A DNA stretch of 62,598 nt, the filler included, from a bacterium (GTDB lineage Bacteria; UBP15; UBA6099; JAJRTR01): NCBI GenBank assembly GCA_024278215.1. It is 7 parts of 7 records of this genome, joined end to end, with 100 filler letters (N's around TTAATTAATTAA, not from the genome) between each part and the next. Parts side by side here need not be neighbours in the genome. Positions count along the whole stretch, not along the records: positions 49,683 to 62,598 come from JAJRTR010000075.1; 6 more parts are not named here. One strand, given 5' to 3'. Made by a program: the position numbers and the translations under genes. This document shows positions 60,315 to 62,598 of the stretch, piece by piece. Within the stretch, counting starts at the first letter, position 1; each line of letters starts with the position of its first letter. The notes under the pieces are model-generated. The model made no database searches. It saw only the letters and a list, made by a program, of their open reading frames with translations, and had not been told where the DNA came from.

Positions 60315-62164
60315 TGGCTGCTTTTACTTCAATACAAAACGGCGACTGGAACGATTCCGCGACATGGGGCGGCTCGAATTATCCGTTCGAAACTTCGGCG
60401 TCCGATACTGTCACAATCGCCCATAACGTGACCGTCACGTCCGGGAATCCGAACGCCGGAACAGGTGCGGTCACGGTCGGCTTGGGCGGCAATATGATCG
60501 TCGACGCCGCCTGCGACACGCAATCTTTCTGCGGCGCGATCACTGTAAACAACGGCGGCACGCTGTCGAGCAACGACGACACGGACACGAAGGAACTGCG
60601 CGTCACGGGCAGTGTCACCGTCAAAAGCGGCGGCACGCTCGACCTCAAGCGAAAAACCACACTCCGCTTCCTATGCTCTTCTTCAGGACAATACGGCCTC
60701 GATCTCAAAAGCGGCCATCGCTGCACCCTCGAAGGCACTGACACAGACAACCGCGACTGTATCCTTCGCGGTGACGGGGCGGGAAAGGAAACATGGATCA
60801 GGGTTCTTTGCGAGGATATGAAGACACGCGACGACTGGCGGAATGTTACCTGCGATTACCTGTCGCGCTACGACGCTACTTACTGTGCCGGCATAAGTTT
60901 ATATTACGCCAACAGGTACGGCGACCATTCGATTATCTCGAACGTGACGATGTCGAACTGCATCGAACACGGCCTGTTGCTGCGCTACTCGAACACTGTA
61001 GCCGATTGGGGACAGATGGCGATACCTGTCGCCGCCGGGAAGTATGGTTTATACGTGCAGAACTCGTCGTGCGGAGGCGGCACATGGGACATAACCGGCA
61101 CGTCGGGCAGAGGCGTGTATCTCGAAAAATCGCATGTCGCCGGCGGCAAATTCAATGTCGACATGACAGGCGGCAGCGGCAACCCGCTGTACTCGGTTTA
61201 TTCGACAATCAGCGGCGGCGCGTTCGATCTGGACTCGGCAAACGGACACGGTTTCTATGCGCGTTACAACACCGTCGTCGCGGGCGGCGTGTTCGACATC
61301 GACACCGCCTCCGGCTACGCGCTGCACTCCGACGCAGCCACCTTCACAGGCGGCAACATCGACGCCGCAACAACTTCAAACCGCACCGTCTACCTGATAA
61401 ACCACTGCCTCATCGACGGCTGCTCCCTAACCGCGAGCGCCACCGCCGACGGCTACTACGCCTTTCGTTTCGAGAATCCCGGCATCCGGTTCGTTTCCGG
61501 CGCGCTCGCCGTCGAGTCAGCGCAATACGGCGTTGCATGCTATTTCGGCGCAGCCGAGAGCGTGTTCCGGCACAGTGCCGAAAAGCATCTTATTATAAAA
61601 GCCTCGAACTCCGACTGGTATAACAACCACGTCCATTGCATCGAGCCACGCATCTATATCACGGACGATACAAACAGAAAGTTCAAAATCCACTTCGGCT
61701 GCTTTCCCCGCAACCGGGACGACTTCACTGTGACTGGCGGCACAGTCGACTGGGACACTACGCGCGGCTCGTTCTACGTGCCCGCGGGCTGCACGGTCGA
61801 GTTCCCCGAAGCCGCGCCCTGGCAGGTGTCGCAGTGGGGTACGATAAACTTCACGACCGCCGGCGCGGGCGCGTCATTCACCTGGGAGTACGCCCTGTCG
61901 AACGACGGCGGCGCGACCTATTCCGCATGGACACAGGTCGCGAGCGGCGCGGACCTGTCGACCCTCGAAGCCGGTGGCAACGGGCTCGACAGACTGAAAA
62001 TCCGCGTCACGGTTTCCGGGGCGACAGGCGAGATACAGGAAGCCGCAATTACCGGCAATTACTACACGGACATCGACGGGCCGGTCGCGCGCAATTGGCT
62101 CCTGCCAGAATACGAGCCGATATCGCAGTTGCCCGCCGGTGACAACTACTGGATGAGATTCTGA
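60314..62164 (+). CDS. Beta-helix tailspike/fibre-like protein
   Basis: TS..NGDWND.ATW.G start; ~22-aa GG.F.I repeats. Confidence 0.6.
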   Translation: MAAFTSIQNGDWNDSATWGGSNYPFETSASDTVTIAHNVTVTSGNPNAGTGAVTVGLGGNMIVDAACDTQSFCGAITVNNGGTLSSNDDTDTKELRVTGSVTVKSGGTLDLKRKTTLRFLCSSSGQYGLDLKSGHRCTLEGTDTDNRDCILRGDGAGKETWIRVLCEDMKTRDDWRNVTCDYLSRYDATYCAGISLYYANRYGDHSIISNVTMSNCIEHGLLLRYSNTVADWGQMAIPVAAGKYGLYVQNSSCGGGTWDITGTSGRGVYLEKSHVAGGKFNVDMTGGSGNPLYSVYSTISGGAFDLDSANGHGFYARYNTVVAGGVFDIDTASGYALHSDAATFTGGNIDAATTSNRTVYLINHCLIDGCSLTASATADGYYAFRFENPGIRFVSGALAVESAQYGVACYFGAAESVFRHSAEKHLIIKASNSDWYNNHVHCIEPRIYITDDTNRKFKIHFGCFPRNRDDFTVTGGTVDWDTTRGSFYVPAGCTVEFPEAAPWQVSQWGTINFTTAGAGASFTWEYALSNDGGATYSAWTQVASGADLSTLEAGGNGLDRLKIRVTVSGATGEIQEAAITGNYYTDIDGPVARNWLLPEYEPISQLPAGDNYWMRF

Positions 62165-62174
62165 GGTGAACGAC

Positions 62175-62405
62175 ATGAGTGAAACAAATGGAATTGAAAG
62201 AGACATCGAGTGGATAAAAGAGTCGCTCGAACGCATCGAAAAACATCTCGAGGAGCGCACCGAAAAATGCCGCGAACGCCACAGCGATATCGACCGCGAA
62301 CTCGGCGCGCTCAGCGTGCGCGCGTCCGTCATAGGCGCCGTCGCGGGCATCTTCTCCGGCGGCGCGATATGGTTCGCGCAGTTCGTTTTCAATCTTGTCA
62401 GGTGA
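62175..62405 (+). CDS. Putative holin (coiled coil plus C-terminal TM)
   Basis: IEWIKESLERIE coiled coil, one TM helix, last gene of the tail module. Confidence 0.55.
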   Translation: MSETNGIERDIEWIKESLERIEKHLEERTEKCRERHSDIDRELGALSVRASVIGAVAGIFSGGAIWFAQFVFNLVR

Positions 62406-62479
62406 CGCCCCGGCACCGAACGGAGACGTAAAGTACAGATTGGAGTTGAATCAATGAAAAAGCGAGATGTTTATGTGAT

Positions 62480-62598
62480 CTGGACAGTACCAAGTTCTGG
62501 ATAATACTTTACCCCTTTTTTACTGATTTGCGAAGCTTGGCGAGTTCGACGGATAGGTCGATCCATTCGCCGGTAAGTTTTTTGAATTGCTTATAATT
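62480..62598 (-). mobile_element. Second copy of the IS end, inverted
   Basis: Exact reverse complement of 49696-49814. Confidence 0.9.

Noticed and set aside
15149-62405. Contractile injection system (eCIS, R-tailocin or T6SS)
   Set aside because: No sheath, baseplate J/wedge, VgrG or PAAR gene was recognised, while capsid and portal genes are present.
49696-62598. 119-bp inverted repeat at both ends of the last segment as termini of a linear plasmid or phage
   Set aside because: It is an IS end: the same 17-bp TIR occurs at 28804 with a matching TSD.

Overview
The window is seven draft-genome contigs joined by 100-bp N/TTAATTAATTAA linkers, from a bacterium with many small repeat elements. 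Host genes include a ClC channel, steA-recN-nadK, GH31, ffh, a GH36-like protein, a TGS GTPase, a radical SAM enzyme, a TetR/epimerase/SDR unit, an hdrA-mvhD-tusA-flavoprotein cluster, a sigma54-driven Cys-rich dockerin protein and a pilus-like surface cluster. The main signal is a phage-derived particle locus. A 7-bp target-site duplication (TTATGAA) around an IS indicates that contig 3 (14943-28941) and contig 7 (49683-62598) are one locus. In order it encodes: capsid cement, major capsid, head-tail adaptor, tail tube, three tail-terminator-like paralogs, a -1 frameshifting tail chaperone, a 200-aa protein in the tape-measure slot, a distal-tail protein, a 1379-aa hub, fibres and a holin. 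The Mu-type portal gene sits apart, followed by host genes. The structural ORFs are intact. Host repeat elements and AT-rich toxin/immunity-like cassettes lie between them, and one cassette is bracketed by 92-97% identical partial copies of the structural genes. My best inference is a domesticated, short-tailed, GTA-like particle linked to a polymorphic toxin/immunity array. A decaying prophage cannot be excluded. All family calls come from motif recognition, not database searches.
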